Assembly: GCA_016125475.1 (NCBI GenBank)
Contig: WGLR01000019.1
Location: 120,746-184,745 of the forward strand
Length of the DNA: 64,000 nt
DNA from: Betaproteobacteria bacterium
Lineage (GTDB): Bacteria > Pseudomonadota > Gammaproteobacteria > Burkholderiales > Ga0077523
Direction of reading: 5' to 3'
Numbering within the stretch: position 1 is the stretch's first letter; each line of letters starts with the position of its first letter. This document shows positions 1 to 15,919 of this stretch, piece after piece. The translations under genes were made by a program, and so were the position numbers. The notes under the pieces are model-generated. The model saw nothing but the letters and a program-made list of their open reading frames with translations, did not search any database and had not been told where the DNA came from.

Positions 1-3613
<3,613 letters not shown>

Positions 3614-3695
3614 CGCTCCAGTCCGCTAGAGAATGCTCCCGATCCGGCAGCCGTTTCGCCCGACGGAAGCATACAGCGGGAACGCGGACGCGCAA

Positions 3696-6600
3696 TCATG
3701 CGGCCTGCTCCTCTCGCATCTTCATGGCCTCGTCGATGTCCACCGCGACAATCCGGGAGACACCGAGCTCGGGCATGGTGACGCCCACCAGCTGCTCCGC
3801 CATTTCCATCGTTATCTTGTTGTGACTGATGAAGATGAACTGCGTCTGTTCAGACATCTTCCGCACGAGACCGCAGAAACGGCCCGTGTTCGAGTCGTCC
3901 AGGGGCGCGTCGACCTCGTCCAGCAGACAGAACGGCGCCGGATTGAGGCGAAACAGCGAAAAGACCAGCGACACCGCCGTGAGCGCCTTCTCGCCACCCG
4001 ACAGGAGGTGAATCGAGGTGTTCCGCTTGCCCGGAGGCCGTGCCACGATCTGTACGCCGGAATCGAGGATCTCCTCCCCCGTCATCACGAGTGTCGCCTC
4101 GCCACCGCCGAAGAGCTGGGGGAACATCTCCGACAGATTCGCGTTCACCGTGTCGAACGTCTCCTTCAGCCGTTCGCGGGTCTCGCGGTCGATGCGACGG
4201 ATCGCGTCCTCGAGCGTCGTCACGGCCGTCGTGAGATCTTCCGACTGCGCGTCGAGGTAGGACTTGCGCTCGGTCGTCTTGCCGAGTTCGTCGAGCGCGG
4301 CGAGGTTCACCGCTCCGAGGCCGGTGAGTTCCTCCTGCAGGCGGTTGATCTCGCCCTGCAGGGTACCGGGGCGCGGGGCGCCTTCCATCGCGCTCGCAAG
4401 CGCCGCCTCGTCCGCGTGCGCCTCCGCGAGCTGCTGCGCGAAATTCTCCTCGGCGAGGCGCGCTTCCTGCTCCTTCAGCCGAAGGTCGCCGAGCCGTGAC
4501 CGGAGCGGCTCGAGCTGGCGCTCGAGCGTGCTTCTCTTCTCGTCGGTGTCGCGGAGCACGCGCTCGGCTTCCGAAAGCGCGTCGCGGGCCTGCGCCAGCA
4601 CGCTCTCCCGCTCCCGCTTGCGGTCGAGGGCGGCGCCCACCTGTTCCTCGAGTGGTGTCTCGTCGAACGATTCCACTTCCTCTCCGGTCGTCGCGAGGGC
4701 GTCCCGCCCCCGCTCGATCTGGGTTCTCATCTCGTCACACGCGTGGCGGGCGTCCGCCAGTCGTGTCTCGAGGCCGCGGACCGCGAACTGCGCCTGCTGC
4801 AGGAGACGCTCCGTCTCCATCCGGCGCTCCCGGCATCTGCCCAGGTGCTCCTCGGCCGCGGCGAATGCCTGTTCGAACTGCTCCAGATCTGCCTGCAGCC
4901 CCCCGGAACGGGACTCCGCCTCGGCGATCCTGACGACGGTTTCCTCGTGGGCTTCGCGCTCGCGCATCTCCTCGGATTCGATTTCCGCCAGCTCTCCCTC
5001 GATCTGGGAACGGCGCTGTCGTGCGCGATCGGCGATTTCGGTGGCCCGCACCAGGGAGATCTCGACTTCGTGGCGTCGCTGACGCAGGCCGGAAAGCTCC
5101 TCCCGCATGCGGTCCCGCGATTCGCGCATTTCCTCGAGACGGAGTTCGAGGTCCTGCTGGCGCTCCCGCTGTCCGGAGAGTTCCGCGGTCATCGCCGCGA
5201 CTTCCCCTTCCAGCGAGTCGATCTCGCGCTTTCGTTCGAGCAGTCCGTGGATCTCGGAGTCCGAAGCGTGGAATCCGACGCTGTGCCCGGTGAACGCGTG
5301 ACCTTCGCGGGAAACGATGAGCTGTCCGGCGCCGAGTTCGCGCGAGGCTGCGAGCGCCGTCCCCGCTTCGTCCACGGCAAACACGCCCGCGAGCCACTCC
5401 GCGAGCACGCCTGCCACGGCGGGATCCGAGCACGAGACGTGGTCCGTCAGGCGCGTGCAGCCCGGCGGAGGTTCCGCACCGCCACCCGATGCGGCGCCCG
5501 CACGATAGGCGGTGAGCTTGCCGGGCGGGGACGCGCCGAACCAGTCGCCGAGCCGCCCGACGTCCTCGACGGCAATCGCGTTGAGTCGCTCGCGCAGCAC
5601 CGCCTCCACGGCGTCTTCCCATCCCGAGGCGACCTGGACCCGCTCCCACAGTCGGGACGCCCCGTCCAGACCGTGCTGGCCGAGCCACGACGCCATCTGT
5701 TCGCTCGACCCGACCTGATCCTGGAGGGCGATCAGTGCGTGACGACGCGCCTCAAGCGAGGCGAGCTGGTGCCGGAGGGATTCCACGGCAGCCGACGCTT
5801 CCCTGAACATGTCCTCGAGCGAGGGGATCTCCGACTCGACGACGGCCAGCCCCTCGCGCGCGGCGGCCAGTTCGTCGTCGATGCCTTCGCCCTCGGCACG
5901 AAGTCGTGCGAGCGCATCCTCGTCCGGCTCGCCGACGGTCTCGAGTTCCACCCGCAGGCGTTCCCGACGTGCCCGGAGCTGCTGGACGACTCGGTCCGTC
6001 TGCTCGCGACGTGCGACGGACACTTCCCGCTCACGCAGGACGACGCCGAGCGCCTGCCGCGCCTCGTCGAGGCGCATCCGCGACTCGCGATGGCTCTGTT
6101 CGGCCTCGGGCATGGCCTGACGAGCGTCGTCGCACTGCAGCTCATTTTCCGCAAGCGTCTCGGCCGCCGCCGCCAGTTCCGCACTCATCTCCGCGATCGA
6201 TATCTCGAGCTGGTCGACCCTGCTCTCGTCGCGTGCGATCTGCTCGTCCAGCTCCGTCTTGCGCGACATCGCGCGCTGCCGGTTGGAACGGAGGTACTGC
6301 AGCTGCTGCTCGATGCGCGCGAACTCCGCATTGGCCTCGTACAGTTCGCCCTGCGCACCGTGCACGCGGTCGCCGGCGGCAAAGTGATCCGAGCGCCGCT
6401 GCTCGAGAGACGCCTCCACCGCGCGCAGTTCGGTGGTGACCTTCTCCAGTTCGAGCACGCCGCGCTCGATGTCGTTCGCGAGACGCGCCCGCTGGTTTCC
6501 GGCATCCCGCCGGCGCAGCGCCCAGAGCAGGCACTGGTTGTGCCGGATGGAGGCTTCGAGGGCGCGATAGCGTTCGGCGGCGGCGGCCTGCTCCTCCAGG

Positions 6601-7220
6601 CGCGTGATCTGGCCTTCCAGTTCCCGGCGGATGTCCTCGACCCGCTGCAGGTTCTCCCGTGCATCGCCGAGCCGGTTCTCGGTCTCCTTGCGGCGCTCGC
6701 GATACTTGGAGATGCCGGCGGCCTCTTCGAGGAAGACACGGAGTTCCTCGGGCTTCGACTCCACGATGCGGGAGATCATGCCCTGCTCGATGATCGCGTA
6801 GGCACGCGCGCCGAGGCCCGTTCCGAGGAAGATGTCGGCAACGTCCCGCCGGCGCACCGCGATGTTGTTGATGTAGTAGCTGGAATCGCCGTGCCGCTCG
6901 AGCACGCGCTTGATGGAGATCTCGCCGTACTGGGACCAGGGGCCGGCCGCCTTCCCGAGGCTGTTGTCGAACACCAGTTCGACGCTGGCACGGTTCACCG
7001 GCTTGCGGTCGCCGGAGCCGTTGAAGATGACGTCCTGCATGGTCTCGCCGCGCAGGTGCCGCGCGGAGGACTCGCCGAGCACCCAGCGGACCGCGTCGAT
7101 GACGTTCGACTTTCCGCAGCCGTTGGGACCCACCACCCCGACGAGCTGCCCCGGAAGTGCAATGTGAGTCGGATCGACGAACGACTTGAAGCCTGCCAGC
7201 TTGATGTGAGTGAGACGCAC
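3696..7220 (-). CDS. smc: Chromosome segregation protein SMC
   Basis: 1174 aa, GTG start. Has N-terminal Walker A GPNGCGKSN, long coiled coils with a hinge, C-terminal signature LSGGEKALTAVSL and Walker B FCLLDEVDAPLD. Confidence 0.95.
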   Translation of the reverse strand: MRLTHIKLAGFKSFVDPTHIALPGQLVGVVGPNGCGKSNVIDAVRWVLGESSARHLRGETMQDVIFNGSGDRKPVNRASVELVFDNSLGKAAGPWSQYGEISIKRVLERHGDSSYYINNIAVRRRDVADIFLGTGLGARAYAIIEQGMISRIVESKPEELRVFLEEAAGISKYRERRKETENRLGDARENLQRVEDIRRELEGQITRLEEQAAAAERYRALEASIRHNQCLLWALRRRDAGNQRARLANDIERGVLELEKVTTELRAVEASLEQRRSDHFAAGDRVHGAQGELYEANAEFARIEQQLQYLRSNRQRAMSRKTELDEQIARDESRVDQLEISIAEMSAELAAAAETLAENELQCDDARQAMPEAEQSHRESRMRLDEARQALGVVLREREVSVARREQTDRVVQQLRARRERLRVELETVGEPDEDALARLRAEGEGIDDELAAAREGLAVVESEIPSLEDMFREASAAVESLRHQLASLEARRHALIALQDQVGSSEQMASWLGQHGLDGASRLWERVQVASGWEDAVEAVLRERLNAIAVEDVGRLGDWFGASPPGKLTAYRAGAASGGGAEPPPGCTRLTDHVSCSDPAVAGVLAEWLAGVFAVDEAGTALAASRELGAGQLIVSREGHAFTGHSVGFHASDSEIHGLLERKREIDSLEGEVAAMTAELSGQRERQQDLELRLEEMRESRDRMREELSGLRQRRHEVEISLVRATEIADRARQRRSQIEGELAEIESEEMREREAHEETVVRIAEAESRSGGLQADLEQFEQAFAAAEEHLGRCRERRMETERLLQQAQFAVRGLETRLADARHACDEMRTQIERGRDALATTGEEVESFDETPLEEQVGAALDRKRERESVLAQARDALSEAERVLRDTDEKRSTLERQLEPLRSRLGDLRLKEQEARLAEENFAQQLAEAHADEAALASAMEGAPRPGTLQGEINRLQEELTGLGAVNLAALDELGKTTERKSYLDAQSEDLTTAVTTLEDAIRRIDRETRERLKETFDTVNANLSEMFPQLFGGGEATLVMTGEEILDSGVQIVARPPGKRNTSIHLLSGGEKALTAVSLVFSLFRLNPAPFCLLDEVDAPLDDSNTGRFCGLVRKMSEQTQFIFISHNKITMEMAEQLVGVTMPELGVSRIVAVDIDEAMKMREEQAA

Positions 7221-7261
7221 CCGCTAACCCCGTGCCCGGTCTGGAGCAAACACAATTGCGT

Positions 7262-7303
7262 GATAAAAAACAACCGCCTGGCGGCTTTCTCCGGCCAGGC
7301 GGT
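7262..7303 (-). terminator. Rho-independent terminator-like hairpin (minus strand) just upstream of smc
   Basis: Perfect stem 7274-7282 (ccgcctggc) / 7294-7302 (gccaggcgg). On the minus strand it is followed by TTGTTTTTTAT (plus-strand A-run 7265-7270). Confidence 0.5.
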
Positions 7304-7405
7304 GGGTACGGCATTCCACACGTCGACAGCGCGGAGTCCGACGCGGGAAGGGATGCGGACGATTGTAACCGATTCGCCATGCGCGAAGGATGGCCTCCGC
7401 CTCTC

Positions 7406-7411
7406 TATAAT
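7406..7411 (+). promoter_or_regulatory. Candidate -10 box (TATAAT) for dapC
   Basis: Perfect TATAAT 48 nt upstream of the dapC ATG, in context cgcctctcTATAAT. That context resembles the one upstream of acs (21826). No convincing -35. Confidence 0.3.
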
Positions 7412-7458
7412 TTCGCGTCCGCGGTCTTCCGCACCTCCTCGTGTTCCCGACGCTTCAC

Positions 7459-8658
7459 ATGAACCCCGACCTGGCCCGCCTTCACCCGTACCCGTTCCAG
7501 AAACTCTCGCAGCTCGTCGCGACCGTGCGCGGCAATCCCGCACTTCCCCACGTGAATCTGTCGATCGGCGAGCCGAAACACCCGACTCCCGGCCTCGTGC
7601 TCGACGCGCTGAAGGCGCGCCTGGACGGACTCGCCACCTATCCGGCCACGATCGGCAGTGCGTCCCTGCGGGAGACCATCGCCGCCTGGCTCTCGCGCCG
7701 CTACGGCATTCCCGCACCGGATCCCGCGACCGAGGTGCTGCCGGTCAACGGCAGCCGGGAGGCGCTCTTCGCATTCGCACAGGCGGTCGTCGACCGCTCC
7801 GCCGGCGCGCCACCCGTCGTCGTCATGCCCAATCCGTTCTATCAGATCTACGAAGGCGCCGCGCTCCTCGCCGGAGCGCGCCCCGCCTTCCTGAACCAGC
7901 TCCCCGAGAACGGTTTCGGCCCGGACTTCGGTGCGCTTCCCGAGGAGTCCTGGTCCCGCACCCAGCTCGTGTACCTCTGCTCACCCGGCAACCCGACCGG
8001 ACGGGTGCTGACCCTCGACGAGTGGAAGACGCTGTTCGATCTGTCCGACCGGTTCGGGTTCGTGATCGCCTCGGACGAGTGCTACTCCGAGATCCATTTC
8101 GACGAAGCGAATCCCCCCCTCGGTGCCCTGCAGGCCGCCCACCGTCTCGGGCGGTCCGGCTTCCCGCGGCTCGTGGTGTTCAGCAGCCTGTCCAAGCGCT
8201 CCAACGTGCCCGGCATGCGATCCGGCTTCGTGGCGGGCGATCGTCAGGTACTGAAGTCCTTCCTGCTCTACCGGACCTATCACGGCAGCGCGATGAGCCC
8301 CAGCGTCCAGGCAGCGAGCGAGGCCGCGTGGCGTGACGAGACGCACGTGGTCGAGAACCGTCGCCAGTACGGCCAGAAGTTCTCCGCCGTCCTGGACATC
8401 CTGGACGGCGTACCCGGTGCCCGACGCCCGGAGGCCGGGTTCTACCTGTGGCTGCCGGTGCCCGGCGATGACACCGTATTCGCCCGGAATCTCCTCGAAC
8501 AATATAATGTGACCGTCCTGCCCGGCAGTTTCCTGGCACGCGACGCGAACGGCCTGAATCCCGGGAACGGGTTCGTCCGCATCGCGCTCGTCGCTCCACT
8601 CGACGAGTGCACCGAGGCCGCGCGCCGGCTTGCCGGGTGTTTCCGCGAACACCGATAA
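7459..8658 (+). CDS. dapC: Succinyldiaminopimelate transaminase (class I aminotransferase)
   Basis: [16 protein letters not shown]... with PLP-lysine region [17 protein letters not shown]. Directly upstream of dapD in a dapC-dapD-...-dapE arrangement. Start chosen at ATG 7459 rather than GTG 7441. Confidence 0.8.
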   Translation: MNPDLARLHPYPFQKLSQLVATVRGNPALPHVNLSIGEPKHPTPGLVLDALKARLDGLATYPATIGSASLRETIAAWLSRRYGIPAPDPATEVLPVNGSREALFAFAQAVVDRSAGAPPVVVMPNPFYQIYEGAALLAGARPAFLNQLPENGFGPDFGALPEESWSRTQLVYLCSPGNPTGRVLTLDEWKTLFDLSDRFGFVIASDECYSEIHFDEANPPLGALQAAHRLGRSGFPRLVVFSSLSKRSNVPGMRSGFVAGDRQVLKSFLLYRTYHGSAMSPSVQAASEAAWRDETHVVENRRQYGQKFSAVLDILDGVPGARRPEAGFYLWLPVPGDDTVFARNLLEQYNVTVLPGSFLARDANGLNPGNGFVRIALVAPLDECTEAARRLAGCFREHR

Positions 8659-8672
8659 CAGAAGAGAAGCGA

Positions 8673-9494
8673 ATGTCCGATCTGCAAACCGTCATCGACC
8701 AGGCTTGGGAAAACCGTTCGACCCTGTCGCCTTCCGCCGCCTCTGCCGCCGTGCGCGAGGCCGTCAACGAGGTCGTCGCCGGCCTGGACGCCGGGCGCCT
8801 GCGCGTCTGCGAGAAGCGCGACGGAGACTGGCTGACCCACCAGTGGGTGAAGAAGGCCGTGCTGCTGTCTTTCCGGCTGGAGGACAACCACGTCGTCCGT
8901 GACGGGTACACGAACTATTTCGACAAGGTGCCCGCGAAGTTCGCGGACTACGGCGCGGCCGACTTCGCGGCAGGCGGATTCCGTGTCGTGCCGCCCGCGG
9001 CGGTCCGGCGCGGCTCGTACATCGCCCGCAACGTGGTCCTGATGCCCTCCTACGTGAACATCGGCGCGTACGTCGACGAAGGCACGATGGTGGACACTTG
9101 GGCAACCGTCGGATCCTGCGCACAGATCGGGAAGAACGTGCACCTGTCCGGCGGGGTGGGCATCGGCGGCGTGCTGGAGCCCCTCCAGGCGAACCCCACG
9201 ATCATCGAGGACAACTGTTTCATCGGCGCGCGCTCCGAGATCGTCGAAGGGGTGATCGTCGGCGAAGGGTCCGTCGTCTCCATGGGCGTCTACATCGGCC
9301 AGAGCACGCGCATCTACCATCGGGACACGGGGGAGATCACGTATGGTCGCATTCCGCCCGGCTCCGTCGTCGTTTCGGGCAATCTGCCCTCCGCCGACGG
9401 TAAATACAGCCTGTATTGCGCCGTTATCGTGAAGATGGTCGACGCCAAGACCCGCGCCAAGACGAGCATCAACGAACTGCTGCGCGGGGACTGA
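8673..9494 (+). CDS. dapD: 2,3,4,5-tetrahydropyridine-2,6-dicarboxylate N-succinyltransferase
   Basis: [15 protein letters not shown]... with a left-handed beta-helix hexapeptide region ([40 protein letters not shown]), typical DapD length and N-terminus. ATG 8673. Confidence 0.9.
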   Translation: MSDLQTVIDQAWENRSTLSPSAASAAVREAVNEVVAGLDAGRLRVCEKRDGDWLTHQWVKKAVLLSFRLEDNHVVRDGYTNYFDKVPAKFADYGAADFAAGGFRVVPPAAVRRGSYIARNVVLMPSYVNIGAYVDEGTMVDTWATVGSCAQIGKNVHLSGGVGIGGVLEPLQANPTIIEDNCFIGARSEIVEGVIVGEGSVVSMGVYIGQSTRIYHRDTGEITYGRIPPGSVVVSGNLPSADGKYSLYCAVIVKMVDAKTRAKTSINELLRGD

Positions 9495-9541
9495 TTCCCC
9501 CGCCAGGCGTCAGGCGGGGAGCACGCAGGGAGCGCCATACC

Positions 9542-12826
<3,285 letters not shown>

Positions 12827-12836
12827 GACCGTCCGA

Positions 12837-14153
12837 ATGACGACGGCACTACGGTGTGTTTCCTGTCTGGCAGCGGTGTGTACCGTGCTCCTGTGCGGTC
12901 CGGTCGCGGCTGCGCCGGTGGACGAGCTCAAGCTGCTGCTCGCACGTGGCCAGGCCAAGGAAGCCTACGCCCGCGCCGCCAGGTATCCGGACCAGCTCGG
13001 GGAACCGCTGTTCGACTACTACTTCGGCATGGCGGCCATCGACGCCGGTCACCCGGCCGAAGGCACGCTGGCGCTGGAGCGCTACGTGATCACCTACCCT
13101 TCGGACCTCACTGCCCGCCTCGAGCTCGCACGCGGGTACTTCCTGATGGGCGACGATCGACGTGCGACCGAGGAATTCACCCGGGTCCGCCGAACGAATC
13201 CTCCCTCCGCGGTACGCACGAACATCGACACGTACCTCGCGGCCATCGACGCGCGCTCGAAACGCTACCGCCCCAGCCTCTCGCTGTTCGCGGAATTCGG
13301 GACCGGGTACGACTCGAACGTGAACGGCGGCGTCTCGAACGCGAACATCACGCTCCCCATCGGCCAGGTGATCGTGCAGGACGCCGGCGTGAAGACGGAC
13401 AACGGCTTCTACGTGGGTGCCGCCGCCTTCCAGGTGAACATCCCGTTCGCGCCCGGCTGGAGCGTGTTCGCGGGCGCCGCGGGCGACACGAAGAATCACT
13501 TCACCCAGGACCGCTTCGATCTGCGGAGCCTCACGGCGTCGGCGGGGCTGGCGCGCACCGACGACACGACGCTCGTCCGTGTCACGGGCGCGACGGGCAG
13601 TCTCTGGCTGGACGACGATCGCTACCGCGACGTCGGCAGCCTCACGGGCGAGTACTACCGGCAGATTCGGAAGGACCTCGTCGTCAGCACCTCGGCCCAG
13701 TGGGCCCAGCTCGCCTACACCGGGGGCAACGAAGCGCGCGACGCCGACCTGTTCGGCGTGACGGCCGGGCTACGCAGTCTCCGCGGCGGCAACTGGAAGT
13801 GGACCAATATCGCCTCGCTGGGCGTCGCGCAGGAACACAACCGGCGTGACCGCCGCGACCTCGGGCGCGACATCTATTCCGGCCGGCTCGGTCTCACCGC
13901 GACGCCGCACGACGGCCTCTCCCTGTACGCAACGGCGTCGGCCCAGGGCAGCTACTACAGGGAGGCGGACGCCTTTCTCGGCCAACGGCGACGCGACTGG
14001 TTCTTCGCGCTCGAAGCGGGAACGGTCCGCGCGCTCACCCGCTCGTGGAGCTTCCGGGTCGAGGTGATCGCTTCGCGCAATCGGTCCAGCATCGACCTGT
14101 ACGACTTCAACCGCAACGCGGCGAACCTGAAGCTGCGCTACGAACTCCAGTGA
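12837..14153 (+). CDS. TPR-containing outer-membrane beta-barrel protein, DUF560 / Slam-like (type XI secretion candidate)
   Basis: Signal peptide MTTALRCVSCLAAVCTVLLCGPVAAAP, then ~150 aa of TPR-like helices. The rest has alternating beta-strand pattern starting SLSLFAEFGTGYDSNVNGG, matching my recollection of the DUF560 barrel. The call is by motif recall only. Confidence 0.55.
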   Translation: MTTALRCVSCLAAVCTVLLCGPVAAAPVDELKLLLARGQAKEAYARAARYPDQLGEPLFDYYFGMAAIDAGHPAEGTLALERYVITYPSDLTARLELARGYFLMGDDRRATEEFTRVRRTNPPSAVRTNIDTYLAAIDARSKRYRPSLSLFAEFGTGYDSNVNGGVSNANITLPIGQVIVQDAGVKTDNGFYVGAAAFQVNIPFAPGWSVFAGAAGDTKNHFTQDRFDLRSLTASAGLARTDDTTLVRVTGATGSLWLDDDRYRDVGSLTGEYYRQIRKDLVVSTSAQWAQLAYTGGNEARDADLFGVTAGLRSLRGGNWKWTNIASLGVAQEHNRRDRRDLGRDIYSGRLGLTATPHDGLSLYATASAQGSYYREADAFLGQRRRDWFFALEAGTVRALTRSWSFRVEVIASRNRSSIDLYDFNRNAANLKLRYELQ

Positions 14154-14160
14154 GGAACGG

Positions 14161-15900
14161 ATGTTCATGCCACGTCTGCTCGGCACCGCCGTCCTGATCA
14201 TCGCCACGGTCATGGCGCCGGAAGCCATGGCCGCGGACGTCGCGGGCCGCGTGCTGCTGGCGGCAGGCGACGCGCTCGCGATCCGTTCGGGACGGGCCGT
14301 CCGGCTGACCCGCGGCGACGAGATCCGGGCTCACGACCTTCTGCGCACGGGCCGGAACAGCAACCTCCAGGTCCGCATGAGCGACTCGGGGATCATTTCC
14401 CTGCGTCCCGACTCCGCACTGTCGATCGAGGACTACGTCTACCACGGCCGGCCCGACGGTTCCGAGAACGCATTCTTTCGTCTGCTGAAGGGCGGGTTCC
14501 GGACGATCACGGGACTCATCGGACGTGTGAACAAGAGTGCCTACCACGTCCGGACCGGAGTCGCGACGATCGGCATCCGTGGAACCGCGTACGCCCTCGC
14601 ACTCTGCGATGCCGGCTCGTGTCAGTCCGCGCCCGGCAAACCGGCGGCAGACGGACTGTACGGCACGGTCACCGAGGGGCGTATCGTTGCAGCGAACAAG
14701 GCCACGCAGATCAGCCTCGCGGCGGGCCAGACTTTCTACGCCGCCAACCGTGATGCACCGTTCCAGCGGCTGCTGGCTCCCCCGCCGTTCCTGTCGGATC
14801 GCCTGCGGGGCGAGCACGGCGGCACGAGCAGACGGAGCGCCGACCACTCCGAACGGACAGGCGCGCCCGGGTCGGACAAAAGCGCGACGGAAGGGCGGGA
14901 AGAGCCGGACGACTCGACGCAGAACTCGGGTCACGCGCGCCGCCGTCCGCGAGATGCGCGACCCGGGGCGATCGTGCAGACCTCGCGGCCGCCGGAACCG
15001 CTTGCATCCGTCCCGGAGGCCGGTGACGCGGTTCCCCTGCCGTCGGAAGGCACCGACACGACCGCGCCCCTGACCGGGTCCGGCACCGCGTTGCCACCCG
15101 TGGTCTCGACCGAATCGCTGACGTCCTCCGGCGGACTGTCGGTCCTGCCGCCCGCCGACGGCTTCGTCGTGTCCTATCCGACTCCCGGTGCCGGAATCGA
15201 CGTCTTCTTCGGTGACAAGGACGAGGCCGTGTTCACCACCGCGAACTACGTCGTCCAGTTCATGACGTCCGCCGCCACGGGCGCACTGGGGCCGGGGACG
15301 GTCGTGGACAAGGGTCACTACGCCCTCGGCAATCAGGTCATCACGTGGGGACGGTGGAACGGTGGCGGCGCCGTCACGTCCGACGGCACCTACACCAATG
15401 TTCCCCTGCTGTTCGCAACAGCCAACGGCGTCAGCGGGACCAGCACGCTCACGTCGAACATGCCGCCCTCGACACTGGGTCTCGTGACCTACGTGGGCGG
15501 ACTCGGACCGCGACCCACAGCGTCGATGCCGGGCTTCACGCCGGACCAGATCGCCGGCTCCGTCGTGAACGAGTCGCTCGCCATCGACTTCACGCGGGCA
15601 AGCGCGCAACTCTCCATGGACCTCTCGTTCACGGCATCGAACACGAATGGAACGCTGACGCGCGCCTATGCGCTCTCGGGTACGGGCGGTCCGACCCAGG
15701 GACCCAACGGCGGCGACCTCGGCGGAACGCTCTCGGTCACGTGCACCGCAGGCTGCGCCGGCACCGGACCCGCGAGCGGAAAGTTCAGCATCGGTCTCAC
15801 GGGCCCCAACGGCTACGAACTGGCCGTGACGGCCGGGGGAATTCGCGACACCTCGTCGAATTTCAGCGCGTCGTTCCTGCGCATCTTCCACACCCCCTGA
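14161..15900 (+). CDS. Secreted FecR-domain protein with Pro/Ser/Arg-rich linker and Gly/Thr-rich C-terminal beta domain
   Basis: Sec signal (AMA/AD). FecR-like N-domain (GRVLLAAGDALAIRSGRAVRLTRGDEIRAHDLLRTGRNSNLQVRMSDSGIISLRPDSAL...IGIRGTAY). Disordered linker, then a C-terminal ~230 aa beta-rich domain ending ...ASGKFSIGLTGPNGYELAVTAGGI. Confidence 0.6.
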   Translation: MFMPRLLGTAVLIIATVMAPEAMAADVAGRVLLAAGDALAIRSGRAVRLTRGDEIRAHDLLRTGRNSNLQVRMSDSGIISLRPDSALSIEDYVYHGRPDGSENAFFRLLKGGFRTITGLIGRVNKSAYHVRTGVATIGIRGTAYALALCDAGSCQSAPGKPAADGLYGTVTEGRIVAANKATQISLAAGQTFYAANRDAPFQRLLAPPPFLSDRLRGEHGGTSRRSADHSERTGAPGSDKSATEGREEPDDSTQNSGHARRRPRDARPGAIVQTSRPPEPLASVPEAGDAVPLPSEGTDTTAPLTGSGTALPPVVSTESLTSSGGLSVLPPADGFVVSYPTPGAGIDVFFGDKDEAVFTTANYVVQFMTSAATGALGPGTVVDKGHYALGNQVITWGRWNGGGAVTSDGTYTNVPLLFATANGVSGTSTLTSNMPPSTLGLVTYVGGLGPRPTASMPGFTPDQIAGSVVNESLAIDFTRASAQLSMDLSFTASNTNGTLTRAYALSGTGGPTQGPNGGDLGGTLSVTCTAGCAGTGPASGKFSIGLTGPNGYELAVTAGGIRDTSSNFSASFLRIFHTP

Positions 15901-15919
15901 ACGCGGGACGACACCGCGT

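Noticed and set aside
4743-8336. 1197-aa plus-strand ORF spanning smc antisense and running into dapC
   Set aside because: It overlaps the unmistakable smc gene on the opposite strand and crosses an intergenic region containing a terminator and promoter-like elements. It has no motifs and biased R/P/A/G composition.
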